Shown here: positions 35,339-44,683 of the stretch, in pieces
Layout of the letters: every line of letters starts with the position of its first letter
Position numbering within the stretch: the first letter of the stretch is position 1
Source of the DNA: Dehalococcoidia bacterium
GTDB taxonomy: Bacteria > Chloroflexota > Dehalococcoidia > Lucifugimonadales > UBA3495
Reading direction: 5' to 3'
DNA length: 64,000 bases
NCBI GenBank assembly: GCA_965116565.1
Contig: OZ220699.1
Span: 483,589 to 547,588, forward strand
Notes under the pieces: model-generated
Database searches by the model: none
Seen by the model: the letters and a program-made list of their open reading frames with translations, nothing else
What the model was told of the DNA's origin: nothing
Made by a program: the position numbers and the translations under genes

Positions 35339-36059
35339 ACCGAACTTGCCGCCGGAATTTTTGGAGTTGCTACGTAACGTCCAAGCGCGCCGTCCCCGCA
35401 CCGTAATTGACCATATCCTTCAACACGGGTTCGTGACTACCGAGGAGCTTCGAGACCTGTACGGGTACAACCATCCACCCAGGGGAGCGCGGGACGTGCG
35501 TGAGCTCGGCATTCCGCTTGAAACCTTCAGGGTTACGGCGTCAGACGGTCGGTCGATAGGCGCGTATCGGTTCGGAGACCCGGCTGCACAAAGGTCCGCA
35601 ATGCTATCTGGACGAACGGGTTTCTCCGCCACCATCAAGGCCGAACTGATTGAAAAATTCGGTTCCCGCTGCAACCTGTACCTTGAGGATTTCCCTGAAC
35701 GAGAACTTCAGATTGACCACCGAATCCCATTTGGAATCGCCGGTGAGGGCAGTCTATCCACCGATATAGATGACTATATGCTTTTGTGCCCTTCAGCCAA
35801 TCGCGCGAAATCGTGGAGTTGCGAGCATTGCGAGAACTGGGAAACGCGAGAGGCGGATGCTTGCCGTTCTTGCTATTGGGCTTTCCCAGAGAATTACACC
35901 CATATCGCTATGCGCCAAATTCGCCGCCTGGATATAATCTGGTCAAATGACGAAGTATCAGAATACGAAAGATTGACTGACGCGGCCCGCGACGAACAAC
36001 AGGAACTGCCGGAGTTTGTCAAAGCAGTGATACGGCGCCATCTCGAGACGCTGGGGTAA
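35331..36059 (+). CDS. HNH-type restriction endonuclease (SphI-like)
   Basis: GYNHPPRGARD N-terminal motif, LQIDHRIP...CPSANRAK HNH core, CEHC/CRSC zinc ligands; 8-bp overlap with MTase. Confidence 0.8.
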   Translation: MNEPNLPPEFLELLRNVQARRPRTVIDHILQHGFVTTEELRDLYGYNHPPRGARDVRELGIPLETFRVTASDGRSIGAYRFGDPAAQRSAMLSGRTGFSATIKAELIEKFGSRCNLYLEDFPERELQIDHRIPFGIAGEGSLSTDIDDYMLLCPSANRAKSWSCEHCENWETREADACRSCYWAFPENYTHIAMRQIRRLDIIWSNDEVSEYERLTDAARDEQQELPEFVKAVIRRHLETLG

Positions 36060-36196
36060 TGGTTCGTCCCTAATCATACAACCGTAAACCCTTATCTTGC
36101 TTGTTGGCGATTCCAAGCCTCAATGTAAAACGCCGTCAACCTACTGGCTGCATTGACTGCGAAATGAACACCGTCGTACGGCTGCACGAGCCCTGT

Positions 36197-36568
36197 CTAT
36201 ATTGGACCGCCCCAACCCAGCCGCAGCCATTCTGCCGGAACCAGGCGTTCGCCGTGTGGGTCGGCCAGCAGATTGAAGGTCTCCAGAGCCGTGGCGCCCA
36301 GCAGATAGTTGCCATCAGGCCCAAAAATTACGGGGCATTGCCGTTCTTTCTCGTCAATGCGAAAAAGCGCCATGCCGAATCCGTACCGGACCCGGCTGCC
36401 GTCAGCCAGAATGAAGCCGAGTTCTTCCTGGGGAGACACATTCAACGTGCCCAGCAGCGACGCCGGCAACATGGAGTGAGCGGCCCCGGTATCTACGACA
36501 ATATCGACGGGATACATATCCCCGCCGTCAGGATGGCCTACGCTGATCGACACGGTGAAAATCGACAT
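36197..36568 (-). CDS. Retropepsin-like (clan AA) aspartic protease
   Basis: VVDTGAAHS catalytic motif, LLGATALE; start reassigned to ATG 36568 just after lepA stop. Confidence 0.85.
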   Translation of the reverse strand: MSIFTVSISVGHPDGGDMYPVDIVVDTGAAHSMLPASLLGTLNVSPQEELGFILADGSRVRYGFGMALFRIDEKERQCPVIFGPDGNYLLGATALETFNLLADPHGERLVPAEWLRLGWGGPI

Positions 36569-36573
36569 CGCCC

Positions 36574-38442
36574 CTACCCCTCGTCCCCTATCTTCAGCAG
36601 GCTCAGGAACGCCTCCTGAGGCACCTCCACGCGGCCGACGCGCTTCATGCGCTTTTTGCCTTCCTTCTGCTTCTCCAGGAGCTTGCGCTTGCGGGTGATG
36701 TCGCCGCCGTAGCACTTGGAGAGGACGTCCTTGCGCATGGCTCGGACGGTTTCGCGAGCCACGATGCGGCTGCCGATGGCGGCCTGGATGGGGACCTCGA
36801 ACATCTGGCGCGGGATGGTGGAGCGGAGCTTTTCGACTATGGTGCGGCCCTGGACCACGGCGTTGTCGCGGTGGCTGATCATGCTGAGGGCTTCGACGGG
36901 CGTCTGGTTCACCAGGATGTCGATGCGGACCAGCGGCGCGGCGCGGTAACCCTCGAAGGTGTAGTCCAGCGAGGCATACCCCTGCGTGCGGGATTTGAGC
37001 TGGTTGTAGAAGTCGGCGAGCATCTCGGCCAGCGGCATGGTGTACTCCATGACCACTCGGGTCTGCTCACTCTCGGCGCTGGCGTTGGCGCCGTTCTCGC
37101 CCTGGCCGCCGCCGATGCCCTGTATGTACTCCATGCGGCGGAACTCGGAGCGGCGGGCGTGCATCAGTTCCATGACCGCGCCGACGGAGCGGCTGGGGGC
37201 GACGATGGTCACTCCCAGGATCGGCTCTCGCACCTCGGAGATGGCGTTGGGCTGCGGGAGGAGGGACGGGTTGTCCACTCGGATCACGTCGCCGTTGGTC
37301 AGCAAGACTTCGTAGGCCACGCTGGGGGCGGTGACGATGAGGTCCAGGTCGTACTCGCGCTCGAGTCGTTCCTGGACGATTTCGAGATGCACGAGGCCGA
37401 GGAAGCCGCAGCGGAATCCGAAGCCGAGGGCGCCGCTGTTCTCGGGCTCTATGGTGAGGGAGGCGTCGTTGAGCTTGAGCTTTTCGAGGGCGGCGCGCAG
37501 CCGGGTGTAGTCCTCGCCGTCGGCGGGATAGAGGCCGGCGAACACCATGGACTTGAGCTCGACGTAGCCGGGCAGGGGTTCCTCGGCGGGCAGGACGTTA
37601 TTGGTCAGGGTGTCGCCGACGGCGCACTCCTGCACGTCCTTGAATCCGGTGGCGACGTAGCCCACCTGGCCGGCCTGAAGCGTGCCGGTGGCGGTGGGTT
37701 CGGGCGCGAACACGCCCACCTCCATGATCTCCACCGTCCTGCCTGAGGACATCACCCGCAGCCGGTCGCTGGTGGAGATGGTCCCGTCGGCGACGCGGAC
37801 GTAGGCGATGATGCCCTTGTAGGTGTCGTAGGTGGAGTCGAAGACGAGGGCGCGGAAAGGATCGTCGGCGCCGCCGGCCGGCGGCGGGACGCGTTCCACG
37901 ATGGCGTCGAGGAGTTCCATGCAGCCGAGGCCGGACTTGGCGGAGACAAACATGACCTCGTCGCGGCGGAAGCCGAAGATCTGCTCCATCTCCGCAGCCA
38001 CGCGCTCGGGCTCGGCGGACGGCAGGTCCACCTTGTTGATGACCGGGATCATCTCGAGGTCGTATTCCAGGGCCAGCAGGGTATTGGCGATGGTCTGGGC
38101 CTCGACGCCCTGGGTGGCGTCGACCACCAGCAGCGCGCCTTCGCAGGCGGCCAGGGCGCGAGAGACCTCGTAGGAGAAATCGACGTGCCCGGGGGTGTCG
38201 ATCAGGTTGAGCTGGTAGTCGCCGGCATTGTCGCCACCCTTGACCCGGTGGGACATGGTCACGGCCTTGCCCTTGATGGTGATGCCGCGCTCGCGTTCCA
38301 GATCCATCTGGTCGAGGAACTGCGCCTTCATGTCCTGGGGACGCACGGCGCCGGTGATTTCCAGGAAGCGATCCGCCAGCGTGGATTTGCCGTGATCGAT
38401 GTGTGCGATGATGCAGAAATTGCGGATACGCTGCTGATTCAT
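36574..38442 (-). CDS. lepA: Translation elongation factor 4
   Basis: [47 protein letters not shown]; start ATG 38442. Confidence 0.98.
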   Translation of the reverse strand: MNQQRIRNFCIIAHIDHGKSTLADRFLEITGAVRPQDMKAQFLDQMDLERERGITIKGKAVTMSHRVKGGDNAGDYQLNLIDTPGHVDFSYEVSRALAACEGALLVVDATQGVEAQTIANTLLALEYDLEMIPVINKVDLPSAEPERVAAEMEQIFGFRRDEVMFVSAKSGLGCMELLDAIVERVPPPAGGADDPFRALVFDSTYDTYKGIIAYVRVADGTISTSDRLRVMSSGRTVEIMEVGVFAPEPTATGTLQAGQVGYVATGFKDVQECAVGDTLTNNVLPAEEPLPGYVELKSMVFAGLYPADGEDYTRLRAALEKLKLNDASLTIEPENSGALGFGFRCGFLGLVHLEIVQERLEREYDLDLIVTAPSVAYEVLLTNGDVIRVDNPSLLPQPNAISEVREPILGVTIVAPSRSVGAVMELMHARRSEFRRMEYIQGIGGGQGENGANASAESEQTRVVMEYTMPLAEMLADFYNQLKSRTQGYASLDYTFEGYRAAPLVRIDILVNQTPVEALSMISHRDNAVVQGRTIVEKLRSTIPRQMFEVPIQAAIGSRIVARETVRAMRKDVLSKCYGGDITRKRKLLEKQKEGKKRMKRVGRVEVPQEAFLSLLKIGDEG

Positions 38443-38764
38443 AATGCCGTCCTTATAACGTACATCATGGTAGCACGGGCCCAATCGGAGCGGCAACGAA
38501 ACGGCACAGCGGCGGAATGCGGATGCCATGGAATCATTAATCCTTCAAAGGAGGCCCAGCGAACGTTCTCAAGGCAACTCAACAATCAACCTGCAACGCC
38601 GACCTTAACGAAACCTTAATCAACGGCGGGTAGCATGCGCACTGGCCAGGCCAGGGCACGACTTGCGGCGCGTTGTATCCTTACGTGCCGGAGCGAGGAG
38701 TCGCCCCGGCATGTATGCCGACGATCCGTTTGGACGAACCGGCGGCGGTGAACGGGAGCACGAT

Positions 38765-41700
38765 ATGATCTTTCTGACCAAGCTGGCCCTGCGGAGCAGG
38801 ACCGTGACCGTCATGGTGCTGGTGCTCATCCTGGTTGGCGGGGTGTATGCCTACCAACAACTGCAGCAGGAGCTTTTCCCTGAAATAAGCCTGGGTGTGA
38901 TCAACGTCTCCACGTCGTTCCAGCAGGGCGCTCCCTACCAGGTCTCGCAGGAGGTCACCAAACCGATCGAGGACGTGATCATCGGGATGGAGGGTCTCAA
39001 AGAGGTCACCTCCACCTCGCGAGGCAGCCGTTCCACGGTGCGGGCCAGCTTCGAGACCAACGCGGACCTGGAGGAGGCGGAGGCGGAAATAGTCAGCAGG
39101 GTGTCCGCCCTCCGGCTGCCCGACGCCGCCGGCGACCCGCGGGTGTTTGCGCTGTCGCCGAATCAGCGGCCGGTGATGGAACTGAGCATCTCGGGACAGC
39201 GGGACATTCCCGAACTGCTGCGGATTGTGGAGCGGCAGATCGTGCCTCCGCTGCAGGCCATTCCCGGCGTGTTCGAGGTGGACATCGAGGGCGGCGTGTC
39301 GGAGCAGGTTTTCGTCACGGTTGACCCGGCGCTGCTGGAAACCTACGGCCTGACGATCCAGAACGTGATCGGGGCGTTGCAGAGCAACTCCGTGGACCTG
39401 ACCGCGGGCAGCATGTCGTCGCAGGACGGCATCCTTACGGTGCGGGCCTTCCACGGGTACACCAACCTGGAAACGATCCGCAACCTGCCCGTGGGGTTCG
39501 CCCGCCGAGATGCAACGGCGGGAGCGGACCGTACGGTCAGCGCCAACGCGACGCCCATCAGGATGGAAGACGTGGCCGACGTGCGGGTGGCGACTCCGGA
39601 AGCCAGAACCGTTTCCCGCACCAACGGACAGCCCAGCGTCAGCCTGAACGTGCTCAAGACGCCCGACGGCAACACCATCGACATCACCTACGAAATAGAT
39701 GATCTGCTCCTGGAGTTGGAGGACGCCCTGCCGCCGGACCTGGACATCGCAGTGATGGACAGCCAGGCGCCGCGTCTGGAGGAAGAGCTGAGCAAGGTCA
39801 TCAGCCAGGGCATCCAGGGATTCGCGTTCGCCGTTATAGCCGTGTTCGTATTCCTGTTGCAGATCCGGCCCGCCGTTCTGTCGGGCACGATCAATACGTT
39901 GCGCCCCACGGCCATTATCGCCACGTCGATTCCCCTGAGCGTGATGGTGACCTTCCTGGTCATGGGGGTATTCGGCTGGAACATGAACTTCATGAGCCTG
40001 GCCGGCCTGGCCATCGCGGTGGGTCGCATCGTGGACGACAGCATCGTGGTGCTGGAGAACATATACCGGCATATCCAGAACGGCAGCCCCCGGTCGGTCG
40101 CGGTGGTGGAGGCCACTCAAGAGGTCGGCCCGGCCATCGTTGCGTCCACGCTGACCACGGTAGCGGTGTTCGTTCCGTTGGGATTCCTCCCGGGCGTGGT
40201 GGGCCAGTTCTTCCTGCCCTTCGCGCAGACCGTGTGCGTGTCGCTGGTGGCGTCCACGCTGGTCGCGCTGACGGCGGTTCCGGTGCTGGCGTCGTGGTTC
40301 CTGAGACAGGGCGATTTGACGATCGATCCCGAGGCGCAGCAGGAGGACACCCTGCTGCAGCGGCTGTACACGCCGGTGCTGCGGCTGGCGCTGCGGTTCC
40401 GATTGCCGACGGCGATCCTGAGCGTCGTGGTGGTGCTGGCCAGTCTCATGTTGATACGGGCGCTGCCCATTGAGCTGTTTTCGCAGGGGCGCACGGAGGG
40501 AATCCGCATTGACCTGAACCTGAGGAACAACGCTTCCACGGGTAGGCTTTTCCAGGAGGTGCGCGCGGTTGAACGAGCGCTGGACGACTTCGTGGATAGC
40601 GGCGCGGTGGAGAGCTACCAGGTCACGCTGGGTTCCGGTAGCAGGAATTTCGGCGCGGCCGGAGCCGACGCATCGTTTGACCGGGCCGGATTCACCGTCG
40701 TTCTCCCCGAGGACGCTCCGGACGACCTGGATGAGGAGATTCGCAACGCGTTGCCCGAAAGCCCGGGCGTCACGTCGCGGGTGTTCGCGGACTCTGGCGG
40801 TCCGGGCCGGGGCGGCGGCGTCCGACTCACCCTGACCGGGCCCAACTACGAGGACGTGCGGACTGCCGCCGGCATCCTGGAGACCGCGATCGAGCGCGAC
40901 CCGGGCGTGCGCAACGCGAATACCAACATCGTGGACGGGGCGGAGGAATTCACCATAAACATCGACCCCGACGAAGCCGGCCGTTACGGCCTGACGTCGA
41001 CCAATGTCGCCAACCAGATTCGCACCTGGCTGCGGGGCAGCGAGGTGTCGGAAATCAACCTGGGCGAAGAAACGCTTGATGTCGTCGTGCGCGGCGCTCC
41101 CGAAAGCGTGGACGATCCCAAGGATATTCCGCTGCTGCCGATCTCGGGCAACGCCGGCGCCGTCGCGCTGGGGACCATATCGGATTCCGGCTACACCGTG
41201 GGCCCCAGCGTGGTCACGCATTACAACGGCAACCGCTCGGCCACGGTGTCGGGCAGCCTGGCCGGCCGCGACGCCGGCGCCATCGGTGATCGGGTCGATG
41301 CGATCGTAGCGTCCACGCCACTGCCGCCGGGGATCAGCGTGCGCTCGGGCGGGACGTTCAGCGACATCCGCGAGGAATTCAACAACGTGTACGTGGCGAT
41401 GGCCATCGGCGTATCGCTGGTGTACCTGGTGATGGTGGCGACGCTGGGTTCCCTGAAGATCCCGTTCATCATCGTGCTCAGCATGCCGTTGGCGGTGGTC
41501 GGCGCATTGATAGCGCTGGTGATCACCGACCGTTCGCTGAGCCTGCCGGCGCTGATGGGGTTCCTGCTGCTGGTGGGCATCGTGGTGACCAACGCCATCG
41601 TGTTGCTGACGTTCGTGCAGCAGTTGAGGCAGAGGGGCGCGCCGCCGTATGAGGCCGTCATGTCGGCTGGGCGCACGCGGCTGCGACCCATACTGATGAC

Positions 41701-41968
41701 GGCGTTCACGACGATCCTGGCGTTGATCCCGCTGTCGCTGAGCGAGTCCGCCGGGCTGGTGGGGGCGGAGCTGGCGACGGTGGTGATCGGCGGCCTGATC
41801 AGCTCCACCTTCCTGACGCTGGTGGCCGTGCCGGTGGTGTACCTGCTCTTCGAGGAATCGATCCCGAACCTGTATCACCGTGTGCGCGCGTTGGTCTGGA
41901 GACGAACGGAGGGGTCAGCGGCAGGAGATGCGGACAGCACGCAGGAAGGAGAACAGGCGGCGGTGTGA
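38765..41968 (+). CDS. RND efflux permease (AcrB/SwrC-like), no adjacent MFP
   Basis: GRIVDDSIVVLENI, GIVVTNAIVLL, RLRPILMT; start reassigned to ATG 38765. Confidence 0.95.
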   Translation: MIFLTKLALRSRTVTVMVLVLILVGGVYAYQQLQQELFPEISLGVINVSTSFQQGAPYQVSQEVTKPIEDVIIGMEGLKEVTSTSRGSRSTVRASFETNADLEEAEAEIVSRVSALRLPDAAGDPRVFALSPNQRPVMELSISGQRDIPELLRIVERQIVPPLQAIPGVFEVDIEGGVSEQVFVTVDPALLETYGLTIQNVIGALQSNSVDLTAGSMSSQDGILTVRAFHGYTNLETIRNLPVGFARRDATAGADRTVSANATPIRMEDVADVRVATPEARTVSRTNGQPSVSLNVLKTPDGNTIDITYEIDDLLLELEDALPPDLDIAVMDSQAPRLEEELSKVISQGIQGFAFAVIAVFVFLLQIRPAVLSGTINTLRPTAIIATSIPLSVMVTFLVMGVFGWNMNFMSLAGLAIAVGRIVDDSIVVLENIYRHIQNGSPRSVAVVEATQEVGPAIVASTLTTVAVFVPLGFLPGVVGQFFLPFAQTVCVSLVASTLVALTAVPVLASWFLRQGDLTIDPEAQQEDTLLQRLYTPVLRLALRFRLPTAILSVVVVLASLMLIRALPIELFSQGRTEGIRIDLNLRNNASTGRLFQEVRAVERALDDFVDSGAVESYQVTLGSGSRNFGAAGADASFDRAGFTVVLPEDAPDDLDEEIRNALPESPGVTSRVFADSGGPGRGGGVRLTLTGPNYEDVRTAAGILETAIERDPGVRNANTNIVDGAEEFTINIDPDEAGRYGLTSTNVANQIRTWLRGSEVSEINLGEETLDVVVRGAPESVDDPKDIPLLPISGNAGAVALGTISDSGYTVGPSVVTHYNGNRSATVSGSLAGRDAGAIGDRVDAIVASTPLPPGISVRSGGTFSDIREEFNNVYVAMAIGVSLVYLVMVATLGSLKIPFIIVLSMPLAVVGALIALVITDRSLSLPALMGFLLLVGIVVTNAIVLLTFVQQLRQRGAPPYEAVMSAGRTRLRPILMTAFTTILALIPLSLSESAGLVGAELATVVIGGLISSTFLTLVAVPVVYLLFEESIPNLYHRVRALVWRRTEGSAAGDADSTQEGEQAAV

Positions 41969-42034
41969 GGGGGCTAGTTTGTTATATTAACCCTATCTAC
42001 GCCTGATACACCCACCGTCCGCGGGAGCATCATC

Positions 42035-43309
42035 TTGCTCACATCCCTTCGCCTGGTCAACTTCAAGAACTTCGCCGACGAGACGCTGAAGCTGGGCCCC
42101 TTCACGGTGATCGTCGGCGCCAACGCCAGCGGCAAGAGCAACATCCGCGACGCCTTCCGCTTTCTGCACGGCATCGGACGGGGGTACACGCTGGCGGAGA
42201 TCGTGGGTGGCAAAGTTGGTGATGGAGGGCAGACAGTCTGGGAGCCTCTTCGTGGCGCGCCAATCGAGATAACTCGGTTCGCTCCGACCCTTCCGTTTGA
42301 TTGGTCCAAGTTTTCCGTAACGATCGATTCGGCGTCGGAAGAGTGGCAAGCATCATATTTCATTAACGTCGGGTTCAATCAGAATTCTCCAGAAGGTTTC
42401 CGTGTGTTCGGAGAACGGCTGACGACCGACTCAGATCTTGTTTACCAGACCAGCGACGAGACTTCGGGATCGCTTCTCAAGCTACATTTCGGAGATGACA
42501 GAGTAAATTCTACGCGTGTCAACTCCAGTCAACCAATCCTTACCCAAATATTCGCACACAGCACCATGTTTTTACCTTCGGGCGACACGATGCCTATGCC
42601 TCGGGGTGTTGGATCTTTCATGAGGACGCTTGGACAGACACGGTTTTTGGAGTTCTCAAATGAACGGATGCGCGAACCATCGGTTTCGCGTGTCACTTCC
42701 TTAGGAGACTACGGCCAGAACCTGCCTACTGTCCTAGAGTCCATCTGTGCCGACGCCGACCAGAAGTACATCCTCACCTCGTGGCTGCAGGAACTGACGC
42801 CCATGGACGTGCAGGATTTCGAGTTTCCCCGCGACCCAAGCGGGCGCGTACATCTGCGCATAGTGGAGCGTAACGGGCGGCAGATATCTGCCTACAGCGC
42901 GTCGGACGGGACGTTGAAGTTCCTGGCGATGCTGGCCCTACTCCTGAACGAGAACCCGAGCGGCACCTACTTTTTCGAGGATATCGACGCCGGGATCCAC
43001 CCGAACCGCCTGTGGCTGCTGCTGGAACTGATCGAAAAGCAGACCGCCAAGGGGAACATCCAAGTCATCACCACCACCCACTCTCCCGCATTGTTGGGCT
43101 GGATAAATGACACCACTTTTGAGCACACCTCCATCGTGTACCGCGACGAGAATTCCGCTGACGGGATCATTCGCCCGGTATCCGAACTGCCCAACATACG
43201 GGATCTGCGCTCATCTCAGGGATTGGGTCGCCTGCTGACGTCAGGCTGGATGGAGGATGCGCTGGCGTTGGCTCAAGATGGAGACGGAGGAGGGGAGGCT
43301 AGAGCGTGA
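42035..43309 (+). CDS. ABC-type (AAA_21/OLD-like) ATPase
   Basis: GANASGKS Walker A, SDGT signature, FFEDIDAGIHP, TTHSP H-loop. Confidence 0.88.
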   Translation: MLTSLRLVNFKNFADETLKLGPFTVIVGANASGKSNIRDAFRFLHGIGRGYTLAEIVGGKVGDGGQTVWEPLRGAPIEITRFAPTLPFDWSKFSVTIDSASEEWQASYFINVGFNQNSPEGFRVFGERLTTDSDLVYQTSDETSGSLLKLHFGDDRVNSTRVNSSQPILTQIFAHSTMFLPSGDTMPMPRGVGSFMRTLGQTRFLEFSNERMREPSVSRVTSLGDYGQNLPTVLESICADADQKYILTSWLQELTPMDVQDFEFPRDPSGRVHLRIVERNGRQISAYSASDGTLKFLAMLALLLNENPSGTYFFEDIDAGIHPNRLWLLLELIEKQTAKGNIQVITTTHSPALLGWINDTTFEHTSIVYRDENSADGIIRPVSELPNIRDLRSSQGLGRLLTSGWMEDALALAQDGDGGGEARA

Positions 43310-43872
43310 AGGTGCTCATAATTCCTGAGGACTTTCGAAATGATCAGCACATACTCACGGCAATGTTCACTCGACTATTGCGCAATATTGGAGACACTTC
43401 TCCCAAAGTCAGGATCTGTCGCGATCCCCTGCTCGGCGGGGTGACGGAAGCCCTTAAGTCCGAGCGCATCGCCGAGATCATGGAAGCCAACCGTGGGATG
43501 TTCGACCTGTTCATCCTCTGCGTGGACCGGGACGGCGTGCTCGGCCGGCGGCAGCGGCTTGACGAAATAGAGCGCGAATTTGGCCCACACTTCCTTGCGG
43601 AAAATGCCTGGGAAGAACTTGAAACGTGGGCATTGGCAGGTCTAGATCTGCCGCCCCAATGGCGTTGGCAGGACGTTCGCGCTGAGGTTCACGTCAAGGA
43701 GCGGTACTTCGAGCCGCTGGCCACGCAACGGGGCTTATCCGATGCGCCCGGCGGTGGCCGGAAAGCGCTCGGTGACGAAGCCTCCCGCAACATCCCAGCC
43801 ATCCGCCAGAAATGTCCCGAGGATTTTGACGACCTGGCGCACCGCTTGCAGGCAATCGGGCAAACACCGTAG
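43306..43872 (+). CDS. TOPRIM-like partner protein (DUF4276-type)
   Basis: IIPED and CVDRDG acidic motifs, EELETWALA; GTGA overlap with ATPase. Confidence 0.7.
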   Translation: MKVLIIPEDFRNDQHILTAMFTRLLRNIGDTSPKVRICRDPLLGGVTEALKSERIAEIMEANRGMFDLFILCVDRDGVLGRRQRLDEIEREFGPHFLAENAWEELETWALAGLDLPPQWRWQDVRAEVHVKERYFEPLATQRGLSDAPGGGRKALGDEASRNIPAIRQKCPEDFDDLAHRLQAIGQTP

Positions 43873-43983
43873 ACGCGCTGACGTCGGCGCGGCACGTCCG
43901 CCGGGGTTCGGCGTTTGGTGTTACAATTCCCCGCAGACTTTTTTGCCGCTATTCATTTCTGTCCTGTAACAGAGGAGCTTTTC

Positions 43984-44424
43984 GTGCCTACCTACGTCGA
44001 TCCCTCCGCCTGCAACGCCTGCGCCGGCCTGCACGGCGGACCCCAGTGCGTGTACATCTGTCCCAACGACCTGATGGTCCTGGACGACATCGTCAACAAG
44101 GGCAGCAACCAGGAGCCGGACATGTGCTCCGAGTGCTACGCCTGCGTCAAGCTGTGCCCGGAGAACGCGATCCACGTCCGCGGCTATGCCGACTTCGTGC
44201 CCCTGGGCGCGGAGGTGCAGCCGCACTACGAAGGCCAGGACATCGTCTGGAACGTGACGTTCCGCGACGGACGCACCGAGCACTTCCGCTTCGCCTCCCG
44301 CTCCACGCCGTGGGGCAGCATTGACCCCTACGCCGGCATCAACCCCGCCGACCGCGACGCGCTGCGCACGACGGCCCTCTTCGGAGAACCGGAATACCTC
44401 ATGCTCCCGGAATCTGCCGATTAA
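43984..44424 (+). CDS. aprB: Adenylylsulfate reductase beta subunit
   Basis: MPTYVDP..C..C...CVYICPNDLM, QEPDMCSECYACVKLCP, VRGYADFVPLG; GTG start with GAGGAG. Confidence 0.95.
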   Translation: MPTYVDPSACNACAGLHGGPQCVYICPNDLMVLDDIVNKGSNQEPDMCSECYACVKLCPENAIHVRGYADFVPLGAEVQPHYEGQDIVWNVTFRDGRTEHFRFASRSTPWGSIDPYAGINPADRDALRTTALFGEPEYLMLPESAD

Positions 44425-44683
44425 TTCCGGCCATTTTCGCGTCGCAGGCGATCAGAGCATCGCTGGTCCCGGCCATCGCCGACGACGGTGGCCGGCATGT
44501 CTGTGACAAGTACCTTACTGTCCGGTCAGCACGAATTCCAAGCAAGCGACATCGACAGGTTGTCACACGCGCCCCAAGCTCACCCTTCTGACCGCCTCCT
44601 GACTGCCGCTCCGACCCAATCTGCTATACTGCCGTGCGCCGCTTTCAGCGGTTGCCGGCCAAACCCTGAGGAGTACTCCCGAG

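Noticed and set aside
38681-41878. 1065-aa antisense ORF opposite the RND gene, and similar long shadow ORFs (26959..29076, 50702..52228, 24140..25564, 19046..20410)
   Set aside because: Expected antisense open frames in GC3-rich genes; no motifs; the opposite strand has a clear family match
38765-41968. RND pump without membrane-fusion or outer-membrane partners
   Set aside because: Expected in monoderm bacteria; not unusual
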